This document shows positions 30,150 through 38,741 of a stretch of DNA of 64,000 bases, piece by piece. Below the pieces are notes generated by a model. That model was not told the DNA's origin. It was given only the letters and a program-made list of their open reading frames with translations, and searched no databases. Within the stretch, counting starts at the first letter, position 1; each line of letters opens with the position of its first letter. The stretch is from NCBI GenBank assembly GCA_963831615.1, contig CAWHQU010000010.1, forward strand, positions 27,404 through 91,403. The letters are read 5' to 3'. The DNA comes from an uncultured Actinomycetota bacterium (GTDB taxonomy: Bacteria > Actinomycetota > Actinomycetes > Streptosporangiales > Streptosporangiaceae). The position numbers and the translations under genes are program-made.

Positions 30150-31544
30150 TTACGCGCCGCGCACGCACTTCTCGTACAGGTCAGCTAGCCGGCCTTGCGG
30201 ATCGTAAGTAGCTTTCAGCGCCGCGTATTCCGGGCCGTTGTACCGGTTCCAGAACTCCTCGCGGGAGTAGAACGAGGTGGAGTACAGGCCCTTGTGACCG
30301 CCAAGCTCGGTCACCTCGTCCTCGATTCGCCGGTTGAAGTGGCCGTCTTTCGCGCCCGGCGGAAGCGGGACGGCGCCCCAGAATCCGAAGTTGACGTACG
30401 CGTGTCCCGGCCGCATCGGGTAGAGCGGCCATGTCGTATCCCCGCGCAACCGCAGCGGGCACAGCCAGACCGGAGTCATGCCGACGTCAGTCAGGAAGTA
30501 GGTCAGGAACTCGGCTGACCGCTCGACCGGTATCTCCACATCCTGAATCACCATCTCGGACTCCGGCCTGCCCCGGCGCGCGTCAAGCTGGCGGGTGAAG
30601 CCGTACTTGCGATCAAGCGCGACTAGCTTGCGGTAGACGTCCGAGCGGCGATACCGGCGCGGCCAGAGTGCGCGGACCAGGGGGCGCTGGACTCCGAACG
30701 GCCGCGAACACCAGAACCAGTCGGTGTCCCACCGCCACAGATAGTCGCTGATAGTGAGAAAGTCCTCCTTGGGCCCGCGCAGCGACTGGTAGTAAATGCG
30801 CTCCCTGGTGTAGTCGCTGCGCCACGGCGCGACATCGCTGAACGCGCCGATCGTCAGGTACATCTCCGTTGGGCTGAAAGCCACGCCGTCGATGAAATCG
30901 GCCTGGTGTCCGTCGTAGCTGCCGTGCGCCGCGACGTCCGCTACGGCCGCGAAGCACGCCACGGGATCGGTGAACCTGAAGTGCCGCAGGTGCACATACG
31001 GCCTGACTGGTTCCAGCTCGATCGTGAGTGACAGGCTGTAGCCGAGTGTGCCGTAGGAGTTGGGGAAGCCATGGTAGAGCGCCGCGTGCTCGCCCTCCGG
31101 CGTTGCGGTGACGACACGGCCGTCGCCGGTGAGGATCTCCATCGCCAGCACCGACTCGTGCGGCATGCCGCTGCGCAGTGAGCTGGACTCGATGCCGAGA
31201 CCGGACACCGCGCCGCCGAGCGTGATCGTCTTCAGTTGCGGCACGACCAGCGGCATCAGGTCGTGGCGCAGCGTCGCGGAGACGAGATCCTCATACGTGG
31301 TCATGCCGCCAACGAGTGCGGTCCTGGCCTGCGGGTCGATTGAGATCACGTGACCGAACTGCGAGACGTCAAGCTGATGGCCAGGCGCATCGCTGCGGAA
31401 CCGGAACAGGTTGGATGTGCTCTTGGCCAGCCGGACACCGCTGCCCGCCGGGATCGCTGCGTACGCACGCTGCATCGCCGCGACCGCCGCCTGATGCTGC
31501 GCGAGCAGCGAACCTGGCCTGGGCTTGCTTGTGACCTCGGTCAC
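30150..31544 (-). CDS. FAD-binding (PCMH-type) oxidoreductase commonly paired with cfa-like methyltransferases
   Basis: 464-aa ORF with FAD-binding block PQLKTITLGGAVSGLGIESSS. Tightly linked upstream of the methyltransferase. Confidence 0.7.
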   Translation of the reverse strand: MTEVTSKPRPGSLLAQHQAAVAAMQRAYAAIPAGSGVRLAKSTSNLFRFRSDAPGHQLDVSQFGHVISIDPQARTALVGGMTTYEDLVSATLRHDLMPLVVPQLKTITLGGAVSGLGIESSSLRSGMPHESVLAMEILTGDGRVVTATPEGEHAALYHGFPNSYGTLGYSLSLTIELEPVRPYVHLRHFRFTDPVACFAAVADVAAHGSYDGHQADFIDGVAFSPTEMYLTIGAFSDVAPWRSDYTRERIYYQSLRGPKEDFLTISDYLWRWDTDWFWCSRPFGVQRPLVRALWPRRYRRSDVYRKLVALDRKYGFTRQLDARRGRPESEMVIQDVEIPVERSAEFLTYFLTDVGMTPVWLCPLRLRGDTTWPLYPMRPGHAYVNFGFWGAVPLPPGAKDGHFNRRIEDEVTELGGHKGLYSTSFYSREEFWNRYNGPEYAALKATYDPQGRLADLYEKCVRGA

Positions 31545-31703
31545 CCGGTCTCCTCTGCGTTGGCTCTGGGCCGTCGGCTTATCGCAAGATAGTTGTACTG
31601 CGGGACACTTCGGATCCCCCGCCTCGCTAGGCCGGGAGGCCGACGCCTCCGGATTATCCCTGCGACGAGGAGATTCTCCCCGTCATACCTTCGGGACGGC
31701 ATT

Positions 31704-32381
31704 ATGGGCAAGCTCTACCCTGGGCTGGACGAACGGCTCAGGAAGTTTATCGATAGGCAGTCTGTCTTCTTTGTGGCGACTGCTCCCTGCCTCAGCGCCG
31801 ATGGCGACGGCGGGCACATCAACCTGTCACCGAAGGGCTACCGGGATACTTTCGCGGTTCTCGGGCCGCGGCAGGTTGCCTACGTCGACCTCACTGGCAG
31901 CGGCGCGGAGACCATCGCGCACCTGAGGCAGAATGGCAAGATCACGATCATGTTCTGCTCGTTCACGCGCCAGTCGAAGATCCTGCGGCTGTACGGAACC
32001 GGGCGGATCGTGCTGCCCGGCGCGCGGGAGTGGGAGGAGCTCCTCGCCCACTTCCCTGCCAGCGGCTACGGCAGCAACGCGGGGAGCCGGCGCGCGATCA
32101 TCGTCGTGGACCTCGAGCGGGTTGCCGATTCCTGCGGCTACGCCGTGCCGGTGATGGAACTCGCAGAGGAGCGGGACGTGCTGGTGCGCCATGACCAGAA
32201 GAAGTCGGCCGCCGGGCTAGCCGCCTACCGGGCCGAGAAGAACGCGGTCAGCATCGACGGGCTGCCAGCCCTGACTGACCTGACTGACGCAGCTCTCAAT
32301 GCTGCAGATCTCAATGCTGCAGATCTCAATGCTGCAGGGCCAGCGAGCCACGGAACCGGTACAGGTCCCGTAGCAGGCTGA
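31704..32381 (+). CDS. Pyridoxamine 5'-phosphate oxidase family protein with repeat-containing C-terminal tail
   Basis: ATG at 31704 (MGKLYPGLDERLRKFIDRQSVFFVATA...INLSPKG...ITIMFCSF). The tail TDLTDAALNAADLNAADLNAAG is encoded by tandem repeats and runs into the convergent gene. Confidence 0.75.
   Translation: MGKLYPGLDERLRKFIDRQSVFFVATAPCLSADGDGGHINLSPKGYRDTFAVLGPRQVAYVDLTGSGAETIAHLRQNGKITIMFCSFTRQSKILRLYGTGRIVLPGAREWEELLAHFPASGYGSNAGSRRAIIVVDLERVADSCGYAVPVMELAEERDVLVRHDQKKSAAGLAAYRAEKNAVSIDGLPALTDLTDAALNAADLNAADLNAAGPASHGTGTGPVAG
32271..32339. repeat. 2 x 9-bp (CTGACTGAC) followed by 3 x 15-bp (CTCAATGCTGCAGAT) tandem repeats
   Basis: 15-mers at 32295, 32310 and 32325 (last copy 13/15). 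Each unit contains CTGCAG and AGATCT hexamers. Confidence 0.75.
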
Positions 32382-32883
32382 TCTCAGCCCCGTGATGCAC
32401 TTGCTCGTTGATCAGCGTGACGATGACCTGGTGCACCGGCCACTCTTCGCCCCAGTTCGTGGGCACCAGCTTGTCCAGGTCCACGTCACCCAGGTCAGTC
32501 AGGGCATCCATGACCGGCTGGTGACTGGCGAACAGCCAGTCCGTCGCCTCGGCCACATCCCCTGGCAGCTCGAGATCGAAGGTCAGCGAGGCCGAGCCGA
32601 ACGCGTAGTCCCAGTACAGATAGTTCACGCTGGCCACATGCAGGGTTCGCCAGGCAATCGTGGTAAACGGTGCGGGCTGAGGCTGCGCCGGGTCGTAGTC
32701 GATGACCCAGTCCCCGCTTCCGTCGGCGTTAACCCCGCGGCTCTCCGACCGGCGGTGGACGGTCCAGCAGCCAGCTACCGGCTCCCAGAAGAACTCCTGC
32801 TCGCTGACTCCGGACAGCACCCGCCGCATCGAATCGCATGATGCCGCGTAGGCGGCACGAAGGATCTCGGCACCCGTGGTCAT
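32326..32883 (-). CDS. DinB-family (DUF664 / mycothiol-dependent enzyme-like) protein
   Basis: 185-aa ORF. Helical-bundle pattern with the His-containing motifs WTVHRR...LHVASVNYLYW...LINEQVHHGAEISLLRDL typical of DinB superfamily. Confidence 0.65.
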   Translation of the reverse strand: MTTGAEILRAAYAASCDSMRRVLSGVSEQEFFWEPVAGCWTVHRRSESRGVNADGSGDWVIDYDPAQPQPAPFTTIAWRTLHVASVNYLYWDYAFGSASLTFDLELPGDVAEATDWLFASHQPVMDALTDLGDVDLDKLVPTNWGEEWPVHQVIVTLINEQVHHGAEISLLRDLYRFRGSLALQH

Positions 32884-32945
32884 ACCAGCAGTCTTACCCG
32901 GGCTCGGCCGGAAGAGCGAATTGCCGCACCTCTTAGAGTTGGCGG

Positions 32946-33878
32946 ATGCGGATCGCGCTGATCAACTCGGGACTTGGCCTGCTGGCTCCGGCTGCAGCTC
33001 TGCACCGGATCCGGCCCGATGCCGACCTCGTGCTTGCCCCGGACCCCGATGGGATGCCGTGGGGACCGCGCACGCCGGAGGACATCGCCGAGCGGGCCTT
33101 GCGCTGCGCCCGGGCGTGCATCCGGTACGAGCCTGACATCCTCGTGATGGCCTGCAACACCGGCTCCGTCCATGCCCTGGACGCGATGCGAGCCGAGTTC
33201 GAGCCGGACGTCCCGGTCATCGGCACTGTGCCCGCGATCAAGCCAGCAGCCGCCGCACACCAGAAAGTGGCGATCTGGGCAACCGTCGCCACGACGGCCA
33301 GCGACTACCAGCGGAGGCTGATCGCCGAGTTCGCCGGAGCGGCCGACGTCACCCCGGTCGCCTGCCCGGGGCTGGCGGACGCCGTGGACGCTGGTGACAG
33401 CACCGGGACCGCCATTGCGATCGCTGCCGCGGCCTGCCAGACGCCAGCCGGATGCGAAGCCGTGGTTCTCGGCTGCACCGAGTACGAACTGGTGAGCGGT
33501 CAGATCGGCCAGGCGGTCCCAGGGGCGGTAGCGTTCGGCTCGGCCGAGGCCGTTGCCTCCCAGGCACTCCGCCGGATCCCGCCAGCTGCCCAGCACGCAA
33601 GCGGGCCAGCCGATGGTCAGCTCGGTGTCGTCCGCGTGCTGCTCAGTGGCCGGCCTTCCGGATTGCCGCAGGCGGCACTGCGTTATCCGGAAGGCCGGCT
33701 GCTGGCGCCGCTGGTCGTCACCGGCGGCAAGCGTGAGCCAGCCGTCGACCCGATCGCACGTTTATCAGCCGCGGCTCCCCGCCGGGCCCTGCGCACGCGC
33801 CTGCTTGGCTCCCGCCGCCCGCGACCGGCCTTGGCCGGCCCGGTTGCCGCGGCTCTGATTGCCGGTCCGGCCGGCTGA
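32946..33878 (+). CDS. Asp/Glu racemase family protein (glutamate racemase-like)
   Basis: MRIALINSGLGLL, ILVMACNTGSV (first catalytic Cys block), VVLGCTEYELV (second Cys block). The 3' end is uncertain and overlaps the convergent gene by 114 nt. Confidence 0.65.
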   Translation: MRIALINSGLGLLAPAAALHRIRPDADLVLAPDPDGMPWGPRTPEDIAERALRCARACIRYEPDILVMACNTGSVHALDAMRAEFEPDVPVIGTVPAIKPAAAAHQKVAIWATVATTASDYQRRLIAEFAGAADVTPVACPGLADAVDAGDSTGTAIAIAAAACQTPAGCEAVVLGCTEYELVSGQIGQAVPGAVAFGSAEAVASQALRRIPPAAQHASGPADGQLGVVRVLLSGRPSGLPQAALRYPEGRLLAPLVVTGGKREPAVDPIARLSAAAPRRALRTRLLGSRRPRPALAGPVAAALIAGPAG

Positions 33879-35102
33879 AGTGCCGCGGCGTCCGGCTGAG
33901 CCCGAACGCTTCTGCCCGCGTGACCGCGGGGATGAAGCCGCCCTTGACCGCGAGGTCCCGTTGGCAAGCCGATCGCCATGACGATCAGGCGTTGCCGGCG
34001 CATAGCTTGCCGCGACCGCGGCAGGCGTCATCGGCAACCGCGCGGCCGATGGCGGCAACGCGGCCTCTATAGCACCGGACAGCAGGTGAGCCATCGAGTA
34101 ACCGGGATCCGCGCCGAGTGCCCGATCGACGGCGATGGACGCCAGCACCCCGTTACCGGCCTGCCACGCGGTGAACGCGAGCAATGCCGCTGGCGCCGGC
34201 GCGTAGTCGAGTGCAGCGCACCGGACCACATCGGTCCAGAGCCGGCAATGGTGATCACGATAGCCAGGGTCCATCCGCGCCCAGGCGTCATCGCGGACCC
34301 GGAGATCGGCCAGCAGCACCGCCAGCCAGGCCAGGCGCTCGATGCTGTCGATCGCCCCGCCGGCCCGGTATCGGCGGATCGCGCGCTGAACCTCTCTCCG
34401 GCCGATTCTGGTGGCTCTGAGCTGCGGATCCCGGTCGCCGTCCGCTTCGCCAAGCTCGACTAGCTGCGAGAGCCTCAGCAAAGCACGGCTTGTCGCTCGC
34501 GCGATCACGTCCGCAGACCCAGCCGGTCGCTGAACTGTCCGCGCGAGCGCCTCGCGATCGGGCTGAGCCAACAGGCCGGCCTCGGTCATCGCCGCGGCGG
34601 CGGGGTGCGATCCCGGGTCGTAGGACCGCCCTTCCGGCGGGCAGCAGTCCGGGTCATCACAGAGCATCGACCAGTACCGGCCGGAGTCGGCATGCAGCAC
34701 CTCATGCAGCTCGACGCCGCTGCCGATCAGCCGAACCGCGGTCGCCCCGATAACGGGAGCGACGAGATGCTCCGGCCCGTAACCGACAAGCAGGGCGGAA
34801 TGGATCCGCTCGCGGTCGAGCACAAAGCAGGCGTGCTCCGCGATATCTTCGGCCAGCCCGGAGTCGGGCGGCGCCGGCAGGTCGTAGCGGAACGTAACCA
34901 TCACGCGGTTCTGCTCGCCGAGGCCGAGAACCACCAGACTCCTGCTCGGATAGAACCCGAGCATGTGCGGAACGACCGCCAGCACGGCATCGGGCGTGGC
35001 GGCTTGCAGCTGCACCCTGCTGGCCAGGCCAGCCGGGCGGGTTGCTGGTGCAGGTGTAAACGGACGCGGGGCGCTGGCACCCGCAGGCTTGTTGTTAGTC
35101 AT
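33765..35102 (-). CDS. DUF4192 domain protein with basic Arg/Gly/Ser-rich tail
   Basis: ATG at 35100-35102 (MTNNKPAG). TPDAVLAVVPHMLGFYPSRSLVVLGL is the typical DUF4192 N-terminal block. Ends in a double stop, TGATAA. Confidence 0.7.
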   Translation of the reverse strand: MTNNKPAGASAPRPFTPAPATRPAGLASRVQLQAATPDAVLAVVPHMLGFYPSRSLVVLGLGEQNRVMVTFRYDLPAPPDSGLAEDIAEHACFVLDRERIHSALLVGYGPEHLVAPVIGATAVRLIGSGVELHEVLHADSGRYWSMLCDDPDCCPPEGRSYDPGSHPAAAAMTEAGLLAQPDREALARTVQRPAGSADVIARATSRALLRLSQLVELGEADGDRDPQLRATRIGRREVQRAIRRYRAGGAIDSIERLAWLAVLLADLRVRDDAWARMDPGYRDHHCRLWTDVVRCAALDYAPAPAALLAFTAWQAGNGVLASIAVDRALGADPGYSMAHLLSGAIEAALPPSAARLPMTPAAVAASYAPATPDRHGDRLANGTSRSRAASSPRSRGQKRSGSAGRRGTSAGRTGNQSRGNRAGQGRSRAAGAKQARAQGPAGSRG

Positions 35103-35285
35103 GCAGTCAGCATCCGAATCGACCACTGAGGGCAGCGACCCGATAATCTGCGCGCGGTGGGCCGGAGGGCTGCCACGCACAGTGCGAAGAATTGCGCTTG
35201 ACAATCCAGCGCGGCGTGCAGGTAAACGGCCGGGCGGGAACCGGCGGTAGGGATGCGAACGTGACGTCACCACTGGGGGCTGTCC

Positions 35286-35420
35286 CAGTTTCGACCAGCA
35301 CAGTCTCGACTAGCACAGTCTCGACTAGCACAGTCTCGACCAGCGCACTCAGGACCGGCGCACTCAGGACCGGCGCACTCAGGACCGGCGCACTCAGGAC
35401 CGGCAGAGTCTGGACTCGCT
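35286..35420. repeat. Nine tandem 15-bp units in two sub-families (AAAA-BBBB-A')
   Basis: CAGTTTCGACCAGCA, CAGTCTCGACTAGCA x2, CAGTCTCGACCAGCG, CACTCAGGACCGGCG x3, CACTCAGGACCGGCA, GAGTCTGGACTCGCT. Coordinates indexed base by base. Confidence 0.9.
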
Positions 35421-35440
35421 CTGCGCGGCCGGCGCTGCGA

Positions 35441-36241
35441 ATGGCGGCAGGCTTGCTGGCAGCCGTGCTGCTGCTGGCGCTCACTCCGGAGCGCGACACC
35501 GCGCTTGCCGCCAGTCCGCAGCCCGCTCCGGTGTGGCTGGTGAAGTCGAACGACCTGATCCTGCTGCAACATCGGGCAGCCGCAGATGGGGTTACCCTGC
35601 CGGCCTTCACCTGGGTCGGCTGCGGCGGGAAGTCTGATCGCGATCGTTGCCGCCCCGGACAGCAGCCGATCTTTACCAGCTACTGGGCGTTGCGGGCCAG
35701 GGCCTCGACTGGCTGGGCCGGCACGGCAGTCTTTGACATCGAGATCTGGCCTGACACGCCCGCGCTTCAGCACAACGATCCTGACAGGTGGATCTGCCGG
35801 GCGGCGCACCTGACGAGACTCGACAGCCGCCTCAAAGTAATCATCACGCCCTACTTCAAGCCACCCAAACAGCGCCTGATCCCGGAGGACGTCACCGCTG
35901 CCCGATGCGGCAGTTACGGCGTCGATGTGCAAACCCAGTTCCTCAACGGCTCGCCGGGCCAGTTCGGGCGGTTCATTCGCAAGGCCGTCAGGGCGATCCG
36001 GCGGGTGAACGACAAGATCGTGATCATGGCGGGTCTCGCGACCAACAACCCGAATGTCCAGAGCCCGGCGCACCTGACCGCCGACTACCACGAGGCGCTC
36101 GCCGCGGGCGTGCAGGGGTTCTGGCTCAACGCCAGGAACTGGGGATCCCGGAACAACTGCAAGGCCGCGCAGGGCGGCCCTGGCTGCCCGCAGATCGGTA
36201 TCAGATTCCTCGAGGAGATTGGCCTGGCCGACAGCGGCTGA
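35441..36241 (+). CDS. Secreted Cys-rich hypothetical protein, paralogue 1
   Basis: ATG at 35441 gives MAAGLLAAVLLLALTP...ALAASP (signal-like). An alternative GTG at 35261 would add the repeat-encoded N-terminus. Clearly homologous to the next gene along its full length. Confidence 0.65.
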   Translation: MAAGLLAAVLLLALTPERDTALAASPQPAPVWLVKSNDLILLQHRAAADGVTLPAFTWVGCGGKSDRDRCRPGQQPIFTSYWALRARASTGWAGTAVFDIEIWPDTPALQHNDPDRWICRAAHLTRLDSRLKVIITPYFKPPKQRLIPEDVTAARCGSYGVDVQTQFLNGSPGQFGRFIRKAVRAIRRVNDKIVIMAGLATNNPNVQSPAHLTADYHEALAAGVQGFWLNARNWGSRNNCKAAQGGPGCPQIGIRFLEEIGLADSG

Positions 36242-36315
36242 CACGAATAGGGCGCAGCACCGCGAACGTGTGGCAATCACTACCAGCCGGTGCAGGGCCA
36301 GACTAGAGTTGCTGC

Positions 36316-37470
36316 GTGCCGGGGGTAGTGCGGGCGACCACTGGGAAGGTCGCGACCGCGCTTGCGCTTGCTCTCGCCTTGAGCGCGTCGCTCTTCCTGG
36401 CGGCGCCGCGCGGCGCCGCCGCGGCCGCTAACACCAATCCGCCAGATACCGCTAATCCGTCACAGCTGCTGTGGCTGGTGAAATCCAACGACCTGGCGGC
36501 CCTTGATCAGCAGGCTGCCACCGACGGCGTCACCCTGCCGGTTTTCACCTGGGTCGGCTGCGGCGGACAGTCTGACGTTGACCACTGCCTCGCCGGACAA
36601 GTGCCGATCTTCACCAGTTACTGGGGGCTGGCGGCGAGGGCGCAAGCAGGCTGGCGCGGGACTGCCGTGTACGACATCGAGCCCTGGCGGTTTACCCCGC
36701 TCGGCCAGCGGCAGGATCCGGATAAGTGGATCTGCCTTGCCGCCCGGCTACAGAAGACCGACCCGCTTCTCAAAGTGGTCATCACGCCGTTTGCGCGGCC
36801 GCCGAGGCCAGCCATGATCTCGGAGGACGTCCAGGCCGCGAAGTGCGGAGCTTACGGCGTCGACATTCAGAGCCAGTTCGCCAACAACGTGCCAGCCACG
36901 TTCGCGACGTTCGTCCGCGCGGCCGTCCGTGCAATACACCGCGCCAACGCGAAGACGGTGATCCTGGCCGGGCTGGCGACGAACAGCCCGGACCTGGTGA
37001 CAGCGACCGAGATGAAAACCGACTACCAGTCGGCTCTGGCGGCCGGCGTCCGGGGCTTCTGGCTGAACGCCAACGACTGGTTCGGCTCTAGCCAGTGCAC
37101 GGCCAGGCAAGGCGGCCTTGCCTGCCCCGAGACAGCCATCAGGTTCCTTGAAGACATCCGCATGATTACGACTGTGTCCGCCGGCAGTCCGAGCCCGAGC
37201 CCGAGCCCGGCCACGAGCACACCGACGCCGGCTCCGAGCAGCACGCCGGTCAGTACGCCGTCGGCCAGCAGCGAAACCGCCCCCGCCAAGCCGCCGAGTC
37301 ACCGGCACCACGGCAAGCTGAGCGGTACAGCGCTTCAGCGTGAGTTCGTCCGGCTGATCATCGACAGCCAGCTTGCCAGGCTCGTCGGCGGTCTCGCGGT
37401 CATCGCGGCGAGCGGTCCCGGTGCCTGGGTTGCGGGCGACCTGGTCATCGGTCAGGTTCACCAGGTCTAG
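36316..37470 (+). CDS. Secreted Cys-rich hypothetical protein, paralogue 2, with Pro/Ser/Thr linker and hydrophobic C-terminus
   Basis: Signal-like KVATALALALALSASLFLAAPRGAAA. Shared blocks WLVKSNDL, DGVTLP.FTWVGCGG, PIFTSYW, GTAV.DIE.W, LKV.ITP, YGVD.Q.QF, AGLATN, GFWLNA, IRFLE. Then SPSPSPSPATSTPTPAPSSTP and a C-terminal hydrophobic segment. Confidence 0.7.
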   Translation: MPGVVRATTGKVATALALALALSASLFLAAPRGAAAAANTNPPDTANPSQLLWLVKSNDLAALDQQAATDGVTLPVFTWVGCGGQSDVDHCLAGQVPIFTSYWGLAARAQAGWRGTAVYDIEPWRFTPLGQRQDPDKWICLAARLQKTDPLLKVVITPFARPPRPAMISEDVQAAKCGAYGVDIQSQFANNVPATFATFVRAAVRAIHRANAKTVILAGLATNSPDLVTATEMKTDYQSALAAGVRGFWLNANDWFGSSQCTARQGGLACPETAIRFLEDIRMITTVSAGSPSPSPSPATSTPTPAPSSTPVSTPSASSETAPAKPPSHRHHGKLSGTALQREFVRLIIDSQLARLVGGLAVIAASGPGAWVAGDLVIGQVHQV

Positions 37471-37486
37471 CCACGCCAGACCGCCC

Positions 37487-38725
37487 TCAGAGCGCGACGC
37501 CGAGCAGGGCATCGATCGCACTGGCCACCAATGCCGCTGAGCCGCCTGCCTGTCCGCCAGCCGCAGCAGCCCACTCGTCCACGACGGCAATCGCTCCGGG
37601 CGCGTCAAGATCGTCCGCTAGCCGCTCGCGCAGCGCCGCCACCACGCGCGGGCCGGATTCATCGCGGCCAGCCGGAGTGCCGGCAGCGACGGCCGCGCGC
37701 CAGGACGCCAGCCGGGCCGCTGCCGACGCCAGCGAGTCCGCTGTCCAGTCCCAGTCTGTCCGGTAGTGGTGGGAGATGATCGCGAGACGGACAGCCATCG
37801 GATCCTGGCCGGCGGCCAGCAACTCGGAGACGAACACCAGGTTCCCGCGGGACTTCGACATCTTCTCGCCGTCGAGCCGCACCATCCCGGCGTGCGCATA
37901 GCGGCGCGCGAACGGCCGCTCCCCGTGGCCGTCCAGGGCGACACGGGCATGCGCCGCGCTCATCTCGTGATGCGGGAAGATCAGGTCCCGGCCGCCAGCC
38001 TGAACGTCAAAGGTGCGGCCAAGATAGTGAGTTGCGATGGCGGCGCACTCCACGTGCCAGCCTGGCCTGCCCTGGCCGAGCGCTGATGGCCACGACGGCT
38101 CGCCTGGCCGCTGCCCGAGCCAGACCAGCGGGTCAATCGGGTCCTTCTTGCCCGGCCGCGCCGGGTCGCCACCGTACTCGGCGCACAGCCTGGTCATCGT
38201 CTCGCCGTCCAGCCTGGAGACCGAGCCGAAGCCGGGATCTGCGGCACGGGAAAAGTAGGTGTCCGTGTCGATCTCGTAGAGCGACCCCCGCTCAGAGAGT
38301 CGCTGGTTGAACGCCTCGATCAACGGCAGCGCCTCGACCGCTCCGATGTATCGATCGGGTGGCAGTACTCGCAGCGCCGTCATGTCGGACCGGAACAGCG
38401 CGATTTCCCGGTCGGCTAGCTCTCGCCAGTCCTCCCCGTCACGAGCGGCTCGCTCAATCAGCGGGTCGTCGACATCCGTTACGTTCTGGACGTACCGCAC
38501 CTGCTTGCCGGCATCGCGCCAGGCGCGGACCAGCAGATCCCAGGCCAGGTAGGTGGCCGCGTGCCCGATGTGCGTCGCGTCGTAAGGCGTGATGCCGCAG
38601 GCATACAGCGTGGCTGTTGCGCCTGGCGCAGCGACCGCCAGGGAGCCGGTCGCCGTATCCCGGATTACCGGCTCGGGCCCGGCTCCGGGCAGGACGGGCA
38701 GGTCAGCGGCGGGCCAGGAGTCCAT
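37487..38725 (-). CDS. mshC: L-cysteine:1D-myo-inositol 2-amino-2-deoxy-alpha-D-glucopyranoside ligase (mycothiol biosynthesis)
   Basis: [14 protein letters not shown]...[30 protein letters not shown]...[15 protein letters not shown]...[11 protein letters not shown]...KMSKSRGN closely follows the MshC (CysS paralogue) pattern. ATG at 38723-38725. Confidence 0.9.
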   Translation of the reverse strand: MDSWPAADLPVLPGAGPEPVIRDTATGSLAVAAPGATATLYACGITPYDATHIGHAATYLAWDLLVRAWRDAGKQVRYVQNVTDVDDPLIERAARDGEDWRELADREIALFRSDMTALRVLPPDRYIGAVEALPLIEAFNQRLSERGSLYEIDTDTYFSRAADPGFGSVSRLDGETMTRLCAEYGGDPARPGKKDPIDPLVWLGQRPGEPSWPSALGQGRPGWHVECAAIATHYLGRTFDVQAGGRDLIFPHHEMSAAHARVALDGHGERPFARRYAHAGMVRLDGEKMSKSRGNLVFVSELLAAGQDPMAVRLAIISHHYRTDWDWTADSLASAAARLASWRAAVAAGTPAGRDESGPRVVAALRERLADDLDAPGAIAVVDEWAAAAGGQAGGSAALVASAIDALLGVAL

Positions 38726-38741
38726 GGGCGTCAGATTATCG

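Noticed and set aside
32295-32339. CTGCAG/AGATCT-containing 15-mers as a cloning-linker artefact
   Set aside because: The repeats are embedded in continuous native-looking coding sequence on both strands and are flanked by a second native repeat (CTGACTGAC x2). There is no vector-like sequence.
32880-33596. 238-aa minus-strand ORF
   Set aside because: It is antisense to the Asp/Glu racemase-like gene, which shows both catalytic Cys blocks.
35286-35420. Possibility that the 15-bp array is a CRISPR array
   Set aside because: The units are directly adjacent with no spacers, are only 15 bp long, and no cas genes are nearby.
35107-35610. 167-aa minus-strand ORF reading through the 15-bp array (…PVLSAPVLSAPVLSA…LVETVLVETV…)
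   Set aside because: It is open only because the repeats lack stops. It would overlap the DUF4192 start and has no start context or coding-like composition.
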